Assembly: GCA_030704615.1 (NCBI GenBank)
Contig: CM060732.1
Location: forward strand, 29,822,001-29,886,000
Source: Takakia lepidozioides
Taxonomy: Eukaryota > Plantae > Bryophyta
DNA length: 64,000 nt
Direction: 5' to 3'
Part shown: positions 49,096 to 60,889 of the stretch, piece after piece
Numbering within the stretch: position 1 is the stretch's first letter
Layout of the letters: each line of letters opens with the position of its first letter
Program-made: the position numbers and the translations under genes
The notes under the pieces: generated by a model
The model's database searches: none
Told to the model about the DNA's origin: nothing
Seen by the model: only the letters and a program-made list of their open reading frames with translations

Positions 49096-51029
49096 TGTTA
49101 GAGGACTGTCTGGGACTTAGACACTTATACGGGATCTGTAGGGTACCCTTAATTTTAGCACAGACTGAGACCTACAGGAGCCTTATGGGTGACAACAGCG
49201 CACTGTAGTAGAGGGGGGTTACACAGCCCGTCACAGTCGTCACAGTCATCACAGCCAACACAGCCAACACAGCCCGTCACAGTCGTCACAGCCAACACAG
49301 CCATCACAGCCAACACAGCCACACAGCCAGTCACAGCCCGATACAGCCGTCACAGTTTCACACAGCCAGTCACAGCTTGACACAACTGTCACGATCATAG
49401 GGAAAGCGAGCGAGAGCAGGGCAGGGAGGGAGGGAACGACGTGGGGAACACAACATGCAAATGGAAAATGTTAGTTCACGGACGACGGTTAGTGAGGAAC
49501 GGTTAGAGCCACGGGTAGGGGATTTTGATGGAAGCACTTGACGGGGGGGGGGGGGGGGGTTATTGGTCATGCATGAGAGGAGATCGGCGGAGAGCAAGAT
49601 CGGAGATGGCCAGAGCACGGGTGAAGGAGGGAAGATGATTAGTAGTGGTTGTATATGCAAAGTTGTTTTGTGTATGATATTGGAGAGCAGATTAGAGACA
49701 CAATGGCTTCGGCCTGATACCTAATAACTCATAATGTGATACTTTATACGATACAATCATACTGTGTAGAGAGATCTGAGTGAAGCTGTGGAATGAATTG
49801 ATGAGTTGATGGAATCCGATAGATTGATGGAAGCAAAACTGATACTTAATATCAATGTAAGGTAGCTAACATGAAGAGGAAAGGGAAACAAAATAGGAGG
49901 GGAAACACCCCCCATGAACACTAGCTGTAGGTCATGACTGATTGTTCTGCGCGGGCTGAGAGTACTTAGAGATTTCCAACTCTTCTATCTTGGAGTTTCC
50001 GCCTTGGATAGCGAAGGGATGGGTGAGTTGTAAAAGCCGAGCGACATTTGGTGACTACTGGGGATCTGGGTCAGAACAACCAGATGTGACAGGCATCTGG
50101 GGGATCATGGTGATGGAGAATTAAAGAATTGATTGTGAATCAAATTCCTTGTGAAACTGAGAAGGAAAGATTGTTCAAACGATTCTTCAGAGGTTTTGGA
50201 ACCCATTACCGGACGGTTTGTAAGAAAACATTCTTAGAGAGTGCATGTGATTTGCTAATCCGGGAAGGGGTCTGGAGAAAGGAGTGATAAAGAAATTTAT
50301 CAGGTAGCCTGTAGAGGAAGAGGCACGTTGCGTTACCAACATTGGTTTATGTTGATAGCCTTGCTATCCATAAGCGAGTTAGAGTTTGCAGGCTGGGAAG
50401 AAAGAAAGGTGGAATATTTTATACTAATAGGCATGAAGAGCTTGTACTGGTAAAGAATTGATTCCAAAGGATATTTTTGTGGATCAAACTCCACACCAAG
50501 AACAGCTTTCCAGACGTGTTTGCCATATGGTTATAGGTAATGGAGACTTCAAGTAAGTAACCAAGGTCTGCATTGAAGCTTGAAAAGAAAACCCGGCAGA
50601 TACGAGAGATATTACAGAAGAGAGTTTTGGTTATTGCCACATTAAAAGAATGAAAGACATGGGACTGAGGGTGATGAAAGAGAAGCTAGACGCCAGAGAT
50701 ATTCAGCAAAAAGAGAAAGCTATCTGAAAGCTCAATTATCCTATCTTTGGGACGAGAGGAATAGACATTGGGGAATCATCTGGACCTCTCACACCATAAG
50801 ATCAAAGAGACATCACCATACCGGAAAAGAACTAGAGTTGGATGCCACTCCTTCTGTTTTCTTTGCAAGAAAGATTAAGGGAATTGGTAAGAAAGAAGAT
50901 CAATCACGAGGTGAAAGATCTGGGGTACATCCCTGGATAAAAGTTTGACAAAAAATCTTGATAAGAGTTGGCATGGAACACCAAAAGCGGAGAGAGGAAC
51001 CTCCAGTTTCTGAAGCGGGCGGGTTGAAG
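49096..51029 (+). mobile_element. Family-A copy: 5' LTR (49096-50046), PBS, ORF0 and gag start; indel-rich, ends at the gap
   Basis: TGTTAGAGGACTG...GCGACA-TTTGGTGACTACTGGG; inserted in the gag of the deleted copy. Confidence 0.88.
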
Positions 51030-51529
51030 NNNNNNNNNNNNNNNNNNNNNNNNNNNNNNNNNNNNNNNNNNNNNNNNNNNNNNNNNNNNNNNNNNNNNNN
51101 NNNNNNNNNNNNNNNNNNNNNNNNNNNNNNNNNNNNNNNNNNNNNNNNNNNNNNNNNNNNNNNNNNNNNNNNNNNNNNNNNNNNNNNNNNNNNNNNNNNN
51201 NNNNNNNNNNNNNNNNNNNNNNNNNNNNNNNNNNNNNNNNNNNNNNNNNNNNNNNNNNNNNNNNNNNNNNNNNNNNNNNNNNNNNNNNNNNNNNNNNNNN
51301 NNNNNNNNNNNNNNNNNNNNNNNNNNNNNNNNNNNNNNNNNNNNNNNNNNNNNNNNNNNNNNNNNNNNNNNNNNNNNNNNNNNNNNNNNNNNNNNNNNNN
51401 NNNNNNNNNNNNNNNNNNNNNNNNNNNNNNNNNNNNNNNNNNNNNNNNNNNNNNNNNNNNNNNNNNNNNNNNNNNNNNNNNNNNNNNNNNNNNNNNNNNN
51501 NNNNNNNNNNNNNNNNNNNNNNNNNNNNN
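51030..51529. other. Assembly gap (500 N)
   Basis: Run of n. Confidence 1.
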
Positions 51530-53224
51530 GTCATAACGAACGGCTGAAAACGGCTCACAGTAAGGCCGGAGGCTATCTTTTGGCAAAGAACTTCAAACGT
51601 TCAGCACAACCTAGTACCACACAAACCCTGGACAGTTCCCCCTCCGTGACGCGTCTAGATTGCCCTGCTAGAAAGGGCTGACCCCCAACCCATCACTCTT
51701 CAAGCCACAGAATAGCAGGAAACTCCTTTTTTACTAAGGACTTGTGCTTTGAGGGTGCCTGAAATAAAACTTAACTTAACTGGCTTTCGAAAGGGGCCTC
51801 CCTCAACCTTGGGTTTGAGCCTCTTCTTTTCAGCTGCTGCCTGAGTCTGCAAATGCTGCACGCAACACTGCTCCTAACCTCCCACCTTCAATTCTTAGCT
51901 TGCATGTCTTACTTTGTCCAGTCTCTTGCTTGTTGCTCCCACTGCTTGCTAGGCTGGTGATGCATATCTGCAGAGGACCAGCAGCTCCCTCCATGTGTGG
52001 ATCACCCCTTCTTGAGTCCCATTCCCCATCCATTGTACAGTTCTGATGTCTATATAAGACGGTGGGAAGAGATATGGCTGGTTTGTTGCAAGGACTAAAC
52101 AATGTTGCAATGAGGCAGCTGCAAGCTGCCCATCAAAGACTTAGAAGGCCATCAGCTCTTTGGTTTGTTGTGCCCTGTTTCTTTCACGCTCAGCTCTCTC
52201 TAATGGTCTCTTCCTGAGCTGACAGTGCCCAACCTGTCGACTTCTCCACATTCTCTTTCACATCTCTACCGTCAGGTTGCTCTACCGAGACATCGCCAGC
52301 TCGCCGCTCCCGCTTCTTCCTGTTCTTAACAACGTCCTCTGCCTCCTTCAATTGCCCCACATGGCCAGAAGGTTCACCACACAGTTGAAGTCATCCACTG
52401 TAGAAGTGAGGCCATCATCTTGACTTACGGAATCAAAGCGCCCCCATGGCTACATGCAAAGAGAACCCATGATACAAGCCTCCATTTTGCAGTCCTTCAC
52501 ACAGCTGACAGCCACCACGCCGGGCAAGTCCTACACCTTTCTTTCGATCCCCCTAGTAGTCCGGACGGATGCCCAACCGTGGCTTGGAAGAGCGCCAGCT
52601 CCACACCACACTTACCCAATGTACTTAGCAGCACACGCCTTACCACTCGTAGCTGTGTTCTTATGCCGTGCGATCGTCCACTCCTGATATGCCTCTCAAT
52701 CCAATCCAGCTTCCGTTCGATCCATCCCCTGCGCTGCGGCCTCACCCTCTCAGTGGAGCCTCCCTGACAAATGGGAGCACAGGACGCGGTTATGTTCTCA
52801 ACGCTGTGACCAGGCTCCACTTTGCCAAGTACCTCTCCCCAAAAAGCAGACCGACCTGATTCCACATGAGTTCGTCTCCATGCGCGCAGGCTGCAGTGTG
52901 AAGAAGCTTGAAAGTGGCAGGCAGCCATGGCCGAGCTGCGTCGGTGCGCTCAATCACCACTCTACCTATACCCCCCCGAGTCCCACCATTGCGACTGAGG
53001 ATGTGAGACGAACTCAAGCTAGAGCCATTCTATGCTCATTGCTTGAGCTGTGTACAAGACCATGACCATCTATATTATAATAGTGCTTAAAAAACAAAAA
53101 CATCATATCTAGCTTAGCATTGGAAAAACTAGATGAGCAGGCATCTCTCTCGAGTGATAAGAAAGCTAAGAACACACTCTTACACAAGAAACATGAAATC
53201 CATCTCATCATCACTCTTCAGATA

Positions 53225-53510
53225 ATAGTCGAGGAGCCAGGGCACACCCACAAGCTATGGGACTCCACCCCCAACAACAACTATCCTCCCATCATAAGTA
53301 CACTCAGTTCTAAACGATGAAGGAGCTCGGTCGCGCAGGCTCAACTCGAGAGAGATGAGCCGCACGACTGACGCTCGCGTGAAGATAAGACGGTTCAGGT
53401 GTCAAACTAAACTTGACACCTGACTTAACACTTGAACTAAATCCAAGTGTTAAATACAAATAACTAGCTTTATTCTAGTTAGTTTCACACTGTGTTTATT
53501 TAACTTGACA
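53225..53510 (-). repeat. Second copy of LTR-like repeat B with serial hairpins
   Basis: Near-identical to 37380-37659; ends TTGACA. Confidence 0.8.
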
Positions 53511-54706
53511 TCCTCTACCACTAGCTGGGGTAGGGGTATAGACGCTGGTGCTACGGCTGAAGGAGAATAGGACCTGGGCACAGGCACAATAGATGTGGTA
53601 CGTGTGCGGGAGCGTCTTCCTGTCCAAGCTGGTTGTTGACTCTCTGCTGTGTGTTGCCGCTTGACTCGTTGTCCGTCGTCGCTGGGTGTTGCCGCTTGAG
53701 TCCACTGTCCTTCGCCGTTGCCTTGGACTTGTGCCCTCGTTGTCTCCTTTTTTTGTGAAGCATCCATTTGGTGGTGTACCACTTACTCCAGCAGAGGGGC
53801 CCAACTGGAATCCATTTGAAGACGTTGGTGCTGGGGCTTGGTACGGTGCCTCTACACGGGCTGCTATGCAGTCGTCAGCATTGTGGGTCCCACCGCTACT
53901 CATCGTTGCTGCCACTCGCTCTCTATTGCTTCACTCGCTCTCTATTCACGAATGAACTCATGTCTGAATGCTTTGCATATTCAGATTCATGGGCACCCAC
54001 ATGGCTTAGTGGTCAAATCTCAGCCCCATTTGCCCAAAATTCATATGGAGTCATTTGTATGTGGAATTTGGAGGGTGGAATTGTATTCCAAACAATGTTT
54101 TTTTTTGGATTTTGTAAAGTAGTTGGCGAGTCTACCTATCTCATGTAACTAGTGCTCATGTGGCGAAATCAATCAACAGGCTCATTTTTTCTGGTGGCTA
54201 TAGGCAAAAAATTTATATGTAAATATGGCGCATGATTTGATTTGTTTGGAGCATTTGGTGGCTAATTTTTTTTGTAGAGGTGGTGAAATAATGTGGCGAT
54301 TAACAAGGGTCAATTGTGGTTTGGATGGCATCCTAGACCCTTAAAAGAGGGCTTTCTGGCGAATAGAACTTGGGAAGAAATACAGACATGAACTGCAAAC
54401 AAGGGCCATTCACAAAGATAGAGTTGTGGGGGGATTGAAGACTGCCCTCTGCAGCGCAACTCACCTACACCTACAAAACAAAAATGACATCAAATGTGAC
54501 CCAAGCAAACAATTCAAATATGGATCACGGAAGAGGGTGTCATAACATGCCGACTTCAAGGAAAGAAAAGCCTGTCTGGCTGATCAATATTCATATTGTC
54601 CATATGAATTAGTTCAGACACATTGAACCATAATAAGCCATGCTTACATTTGCACACTCAAATGGTGCCTTGGATTTGCCATAACCTTTGCAGCCCAATA
54701 CCTCTA

Positions 54707-55398
54707 AGTGTAGTTGTAGAGGACATCGTAGGTAACAGGGTCCACAACGGCATCAACAAGACGACCGTTGTTGCGGAATTTGAACATAGACCCTCTCTTC
54801 AAAAAACAATATGCCTCAAACACCAATGTCTGCAAAAGAGGGATCAACTCCAAGGTCTAGTTTAGATACACCACGATATGAAGTGAAGGCAATAGATTGA
54901 TAACTTACACTCCGGCCCTCTGTTCGCAACCCCTGCGTATTGATGCAAAACCATTTTTTGAGGAGGACCGGGGTGGCACTTTCGATGTCCACCTTGCCAC
55001 AACATTCTCTGTGGTCTTCCCTCTTGTGGCAAGGACCACCATACATCCACCGTCATCCAAGAGTATCCCCGCCAGCCCAAACCCGGCTCTCCAATAGTCC
55101 TCAGTAAACTTGTTCCAGGTGGGCACACCATCCAGGCCCTCCAGCACCTCCCCATCTGGAATATCGAGGAGAATCATATCGCAGGCTCTCTCCACCTCAC
55201 ACACCCCCCCCCCCCCCCCCGAGTGCTCTTGCAATCCATGCTCACAGCCGTGAAGAATTCCATCATGGCTTCCAAACCAGGGGTGTCTTTAGGCTCTGTA
55301 GCGGCAGCCCTCTTCTTGGCTTTCCCCTTCACCTCCTCCGGAGACTTGCTGTGTGCCACCTTCTTCGCCCTGACAGCCAGAGCGTCAAGGAAGCTCTC
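54707..55398 (-). pseudogene. Second, decayed copy of the methyltransferase exons (with intron) of the ParB-MTase gene
   Basis: ESFLDALA..CDMILLDIPDGEVLEGLDGVPTWNKFTEDYW..TQGLRTEG. Homologous to ~8920-9605 and cut at 55399 by a family-A LTR. Confidence 0.9.
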
Positions 55399-56431
55399 TG
55401 TCGTGCGGCTTTTACTCACCCATCCCTTCGCTATTCGAGGCGGAAACTCCAAGATAGAAGAGTTGGAAATCTCTAAGTACTCAGCCCGCGCAGAACAATC
55501 AGTCATGACCTACAGCTAGTGTATCATGGGGGTATTTCCTATTTGTTTTCCTTTTGGTATTCATGTTTGCTATCTTACCATTGATAATTAAGTATCAGTT
55601 TGCTTTATCAATCTATTGGATTCCATCAGCTCATCCATTCATTTCACAGCTTCACTCAGATCTCTCTACACAGTGTGATTGTATCGTAAAAGTATCCGAT
55701 TATGATTTATCAGGTATCAGGCCGAAGCCATTGTGTCTCTAATCTGCTCTACAATATCATTACAGCCTTGCCTATATCAAGCATCTACTCATCATCTCTC
55801 TATCTTCACTTCCGTTCCTCATCTCTACCCGATCCCCTCTCCTCTATCACCAAGAAGTCCTCCTCCGAATGATGTCCCTCAATTCCCCGTTTTCCCCCTT
55901 TATCTTCCTATCCGCGGTTCTAACCGTTTCCCTCACTAACCGTCGTCTGTGAACTAACATGTTCCCTTCGCAGGTGTTGTTCCCCACAGTCGTTCCCTGT
56001 CCTACTCTTCGTTCCCTATGATCGTGACAGCTGTGTCAAGCTGTGACTGGCTGTGTGAAACTGTGACGGGCTGTGACTGGCTGTGCGACTGTGTTTGGCT
56101 GTGTCGGGCTGTGACTGGCTGTGTGGCTGTGCCGGGCTGTGTCGGCTGTGTCGGCTGTGTCTGCTGTGACGACTGTGACGGGCTGTGTTGGCTGTGTTGG
56201 CTGTGACGACTGTGACGGGCTGTGTTGGCTGTGTTGGCTGTGACGACTGTGACGACTGTGACGGGCTGTGTAACCCCCCTCTACAGTGCGCTGCTGTCAC
56301 CCCTAAGGCTCCTGTTGGTCTCAGTCTGTGCAAAAATTAAGGGTACCCTACAGATCCCGTATAAGTGTCTAAGTCCCCGACAGTCCTCTAACATTACCCC
56401 TTCCCCCCTCAAAAAGCCGTGTCCTCACGGT

Positions 56432-59400
56432 TTACTGATTTCGACTAGCAAACCTTTGTGAGTGAGCACCTTCTTGACGTTGAGAGTTTCGTGGCGGACT
56501 GTGTGTACGAGCCCGAGGTCTGTCTCTGGTTGACGGAGATGGTTGATCATTACCTGGATAAGTGAGGCCCTCTGGAGGCTGATATCGAGGTAATCTTTCC
56601 GGCATAGGAGATCCCCTTCGCTTCTTCTCTTCCATCTGAATTGCATAGTCTTCTCCCATGTCAAAAGAATTCGGTGAAGAAACAGTTGTATCAGAATCCT
56701 CATCGCCTCTCAGGTGTTTTAATTTTCGAACTTTTTGTGGAATCATCTGGGGCATACAATGCTGTCCTACCATGTCTGGAAGTTTGTATTTTACAACTTG
56801 GTGTAACCGCTGAACAGCAAAATTGGTGTAGACACTGAGCTCCTTGTCTGTCCAGGTGAGTGGGTACCAATTACTGGTGCAGCGTGCAAGTATTTCCATG
56901 CCACATGTCCCTTATAGAAAATGTCATCAATGCCGAATTTCTGTGTTGACAAATGGTTGCAGGCCACTTGAAACCATGAACGAATTTGAGAATCCTTTTG
57001 CATCATAACTTTTGGGTATATAGGTACATATGAGGTGACACCGAAGGTAATACCCAATGATCTCCACTGGAATAACTCAGAAAGCGTGTTTGCATCTTTT
57101 GTTGCTCAATGTGGTAACGTACCAGGAAACAAGCAGCGTAGTATAACCCGCACCCCATGACAATACTTGCTATCTCCTTGGTCTTGGTATAAATGAGTCC
57201 ATGTACAACCTGGAAAGCAATCAATTCCCTCAACATGGTACCTGCTTCGTGCCAGTATTGTGCAAAGTGATGATCTTCAATATGTCGATTGTTCGGAAGA
57301 ACTTTAGTCCTAGTTGCCACTGGCAGCCAAATACGCATGATTTGGTAGTAATGTGCGAATGACTGCGGAGGACTAAATTCTTTCCAAGCCAAATCCAACA
57401 TGATGGGAATTTGGTTGAAGGGCATAATCATAGCCCTACTGTACTCCCTTACAGCTGGAGTTTTAGGTGGGTTAAAAGCGGCATTGCCCCATACCTCCGG
57501 CTGTGGTGGCTGTGGTGTGGTTGTAATAACCACAGGTTCAGCTATTGGTACAGTGACTTGTTGTGGTGGTGGTGGTACTGGCTCTTGTATCATTGGCATC
57601 TCCTGCACCTCCTGTGAAGACTGAAAAGCCAAAGTTCTGGCTTGTAAATAAGAAGCCATTAGCTGTTCCTGAGGAATACAGACTCTTTGGTCGATGTTTG
57701 AAGTGAGGTCTTCCACTTGAGTCTGGAGTCCGTCTACATCCTCTTGTAACTCTGCTATCCTACTATAGACATTGTCTATAGTAGTTGTGGCAATGTTCTG
57801 CACCTGCAGCCTGAGCTCATTCATCTCGCTTTGGGTGAGCTTCCGTGGTGCTTTGCCCTCTACTGGCCCTTGTGCTAACCAGACCTGCATAAGGCTGTTA
57901 TCCACCAAGTTGCTTGTGGTTCCCCTGAGAGTTTGCTCCTCTCTTAGCTTGTACAATTCCAACTGCTGTTGTAAAGCCTCCATGCGCTTCGCCAGAGGTT
58001 CAACCAATTGCGCATAAGCAGCAAGTAGATTATTGGCTTCCTTCCAAGCCTTGTTATTGACCGCGATTTCATTTCTATTGGCCATGATGGTTTGTTGCAA
58101 CTCCACGATGTGCTTCTCTTGATCACTTCAATCTGCCTGTATTGCTTGAAAGTATTTTCATTGCGACAGATTGTATTCTTCATATCGACAATGAGCTTCA
58201 TTTGCTCAACATTCTCTTCTTCTGCCTTCGTACATTTTTCCGCTTGACTGTTTATTTCTTTGTAGATTGGTCAAGCATAGTTGTAAATGTAGCACATTGT
58301 ATCGCCATCCTGTTATGCACTGTCTGCAACTCCGTATGTAGTGCATTCAGTTCTTGCAACTTGCTTTCATGCTGCACCTGCATTTGGTATAGCTGTTGCT
58401 TATGTGCTTCGTGCAACTGGTCTTGCGCGAGGCCTGCCTCAATCAGTTGTTGCTTGGCCAATTGCAAAGCCATTTCTGTATTTCCCAAGTCCTGCTTCAT
58501 CTTGAGAGTGACCTCTTCATCGACCTTGTTTGCACACTCAGTGGCAAGTCGAGCCTCAAATTCCTTCCTGAGTTCCTCTTTCAAGGCTGTCAATTGGGTA
58601 ATTGGAACATGGGATTTGACATAAGTCCCCAACAAATTAAGTGTCCTGCCTATGGAACTCATCAGCATTGCCTGTTGAGGGTCATCATGGTGAGGTTGCT
58701 GCTGTTCCTCCTGATCTTCAACAGTGTGATGTCTCACTAACCATTCAGGCCATTGTCCCACCGGATTTTCTTCCTGAACTACTTCATCTATCACCGGTGC
58801 TACAGTGTCATGACCTTCCGCCTGTGGTACCTCCGGCACAGGTGTGTGTATTATATGCACCTCAGGATTTCCCTTGGGCAACTGTTGCACCTCTGGGATT
58901 TCTGTCTCCTTGACCAGACCAGAATATTCATAGAGAAGGTCCCCCTTCTCTATTTCTGCCACTATCTGTTCTGTAGTTGGAATATCTAACCCTTCACTTT
59001 CCAAATCAATTATTTCTGGTTGAGCTGCATGGATAACTTGTGACCTTGTGACAAGTCGTTCATGTGGCTGTGATGGTTGTGATGCAGAAGTAACTTCCTC
59101 CTCCCTCTCCGAAGGTCCTGCTTCCAGTAATAGCATTTCTCTGTGCTGCTGTGCCCCTTCCTGGCCATGAGCTTGGGAAACATTATCATGCGGAATCCGT
59201 GAAGCCAGTGGATCCGCCACTACAGTCTTTCCCCGTCTCTGTCTCTTAGTCTCGGGTTGCCCTGCTAGTCCACCCTCACTATGTGAAGAGCCTTGCTCTT
59301 CCATTGCAGTTGTTTCTGGCTCAAACACTCCCATTTCCTTTCTTTCTTGCGCATTAAGTATGCCAGAATCAAGGATTATTTGAGCAATGATTGGGCCAGA

Positions 59401-60273
59401 CACTATTATAGGAGACTTTGCGGTAGTACCTTGTAATCTTTTCATCTCCTCTACCAGTGCGTTGTACATTATGTCCGCCCATTGTACCTCTCGTCCCTTT
59501 AGGCCTTTGAGTATTTCCTCCGTGAAGGATCTGCTCAAATACTGTTGGTTCTGTTTCATGGCAATCAGAACGTTCAATACCTGGCCTACCTCTTTTAACC
59601 CTGGGTACACACCCTTGGTACAAGCATAACCCTGAGTTTTAAAGAAACTCCCTTCTTGGAATAAGTCCTCTATTTGCAGTCTTGCCCTGTGTTGCTCCAC
59701 ATGCACCTGACCTGCTGGTAATCGAAACAATTGCTGGAGGTATAGGGGAGTAATCATTAATTCAACTCCCTTCACCGTTGTTGTTCCTGTCCTTGGCTCA
59801 AAGTTCTGCAAAAATTGTAACATGTACTGTCTATGGTGTAGTGTCCAATCTAGGCTTTGCAATCCTTGCAATCTCAGCTCCTCCAGTATCTGTATCGCCT
59901 GTGGGGTAGCAATTGTTTGTTTCTGCAGAATCGTGGTGCTCTTCACCCTGATTTCCTCCATTCCTCTCACTCTCTTCATTTTAGACTCACAGAACTGTTT
60001 TGGCTGTAACAACTGCAGGAATGCCTGTAGTGCACAAAGCATAAACGTATGGTTGCCGCAGAAAGCTATGGGTAATTTCTTGTAAGCCTGCGGGGCTTGC
60101 AAGCATCGCTCAAGAGAAAAGCTCCGCTCCGTCCTTTCGTGTCTATGCCACTGCGTAAGTAATATTGCGAGCGTATAGTCTGTTAGTTCCTCCATAGTTT
60201 CCAAGGTATAGCATTGATGGTCTGTCCTGTCGAAACGCCCGTTAGTCAGAACGACGCCGCCTCTTGCGCTCAA
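56432..60273 (-). CDS. ORF3 of the second long family-A copy
   Basis: ORFs 58252-60273, 57003-58106 and 56432-56899 match ORF3 of the first copy. Confidence 0.8.
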
Positions 60274-60889
60274 TTTCCCTCCATTTTCTTGATCCTTTCT
60301 CTGGTTTTCTATTGGCTGTATCCGTTGTGACTAGATTTTAGATTTTATCTTCTTTAGTGGACTTTCCCTGTTGGATAGTCCACTAGGATCACACATGTGA
60401 CAAGAATTCCGCTTTTCTGTACTTGCCGTTCGTTCCGTTTCCCTTTTTCCGTACTCATTAATGGGCCCGCCTTTCATCCCTTTGACGGCCGTTCTTGTCC
60501 TCTTTCGTTTTGACACCTGTTCTTGCACTTCCTTCTCGGCTGTGTGTCGCGCCCCGACCTCCACGTGTCTATTTTTAAAGTAATTTCCGTTTCCTCTTCC
60601 TTCAGCCATTTTCCTGAAGTTATTATGTGTCCACTTGTCACTGATTCTATGGATCGTGTAACTTTAGTAGGCTGTGTTGAGCTGTGACAGGCTGTGTCAT
60701 ACTGTGTTACGCTATGATAGGCTGTGATGCACTGTGGTAAGCTGTGATAGGCTGTGACACGCTGTGGTAGGTTGTGATAGGCTGTGTTGCGCCTTGCTGG
60801 GCTGTGATAGGCTGTGTCACGTCGTGATGGGCTGTGATAGGCTGTGCTTTGCCTTGATGGGCTGTGATAGGATGTGTCACGTTTGTTTT

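Noticed and set aside
50875-51586. ORFs containing poly-X
   Set aside because: They span the assembly gap.
51530-54700. Protein-coding genes after the gap
   Set aside because: Only short, stop-ridden ORFs without recognisable motifs; left unclassified.
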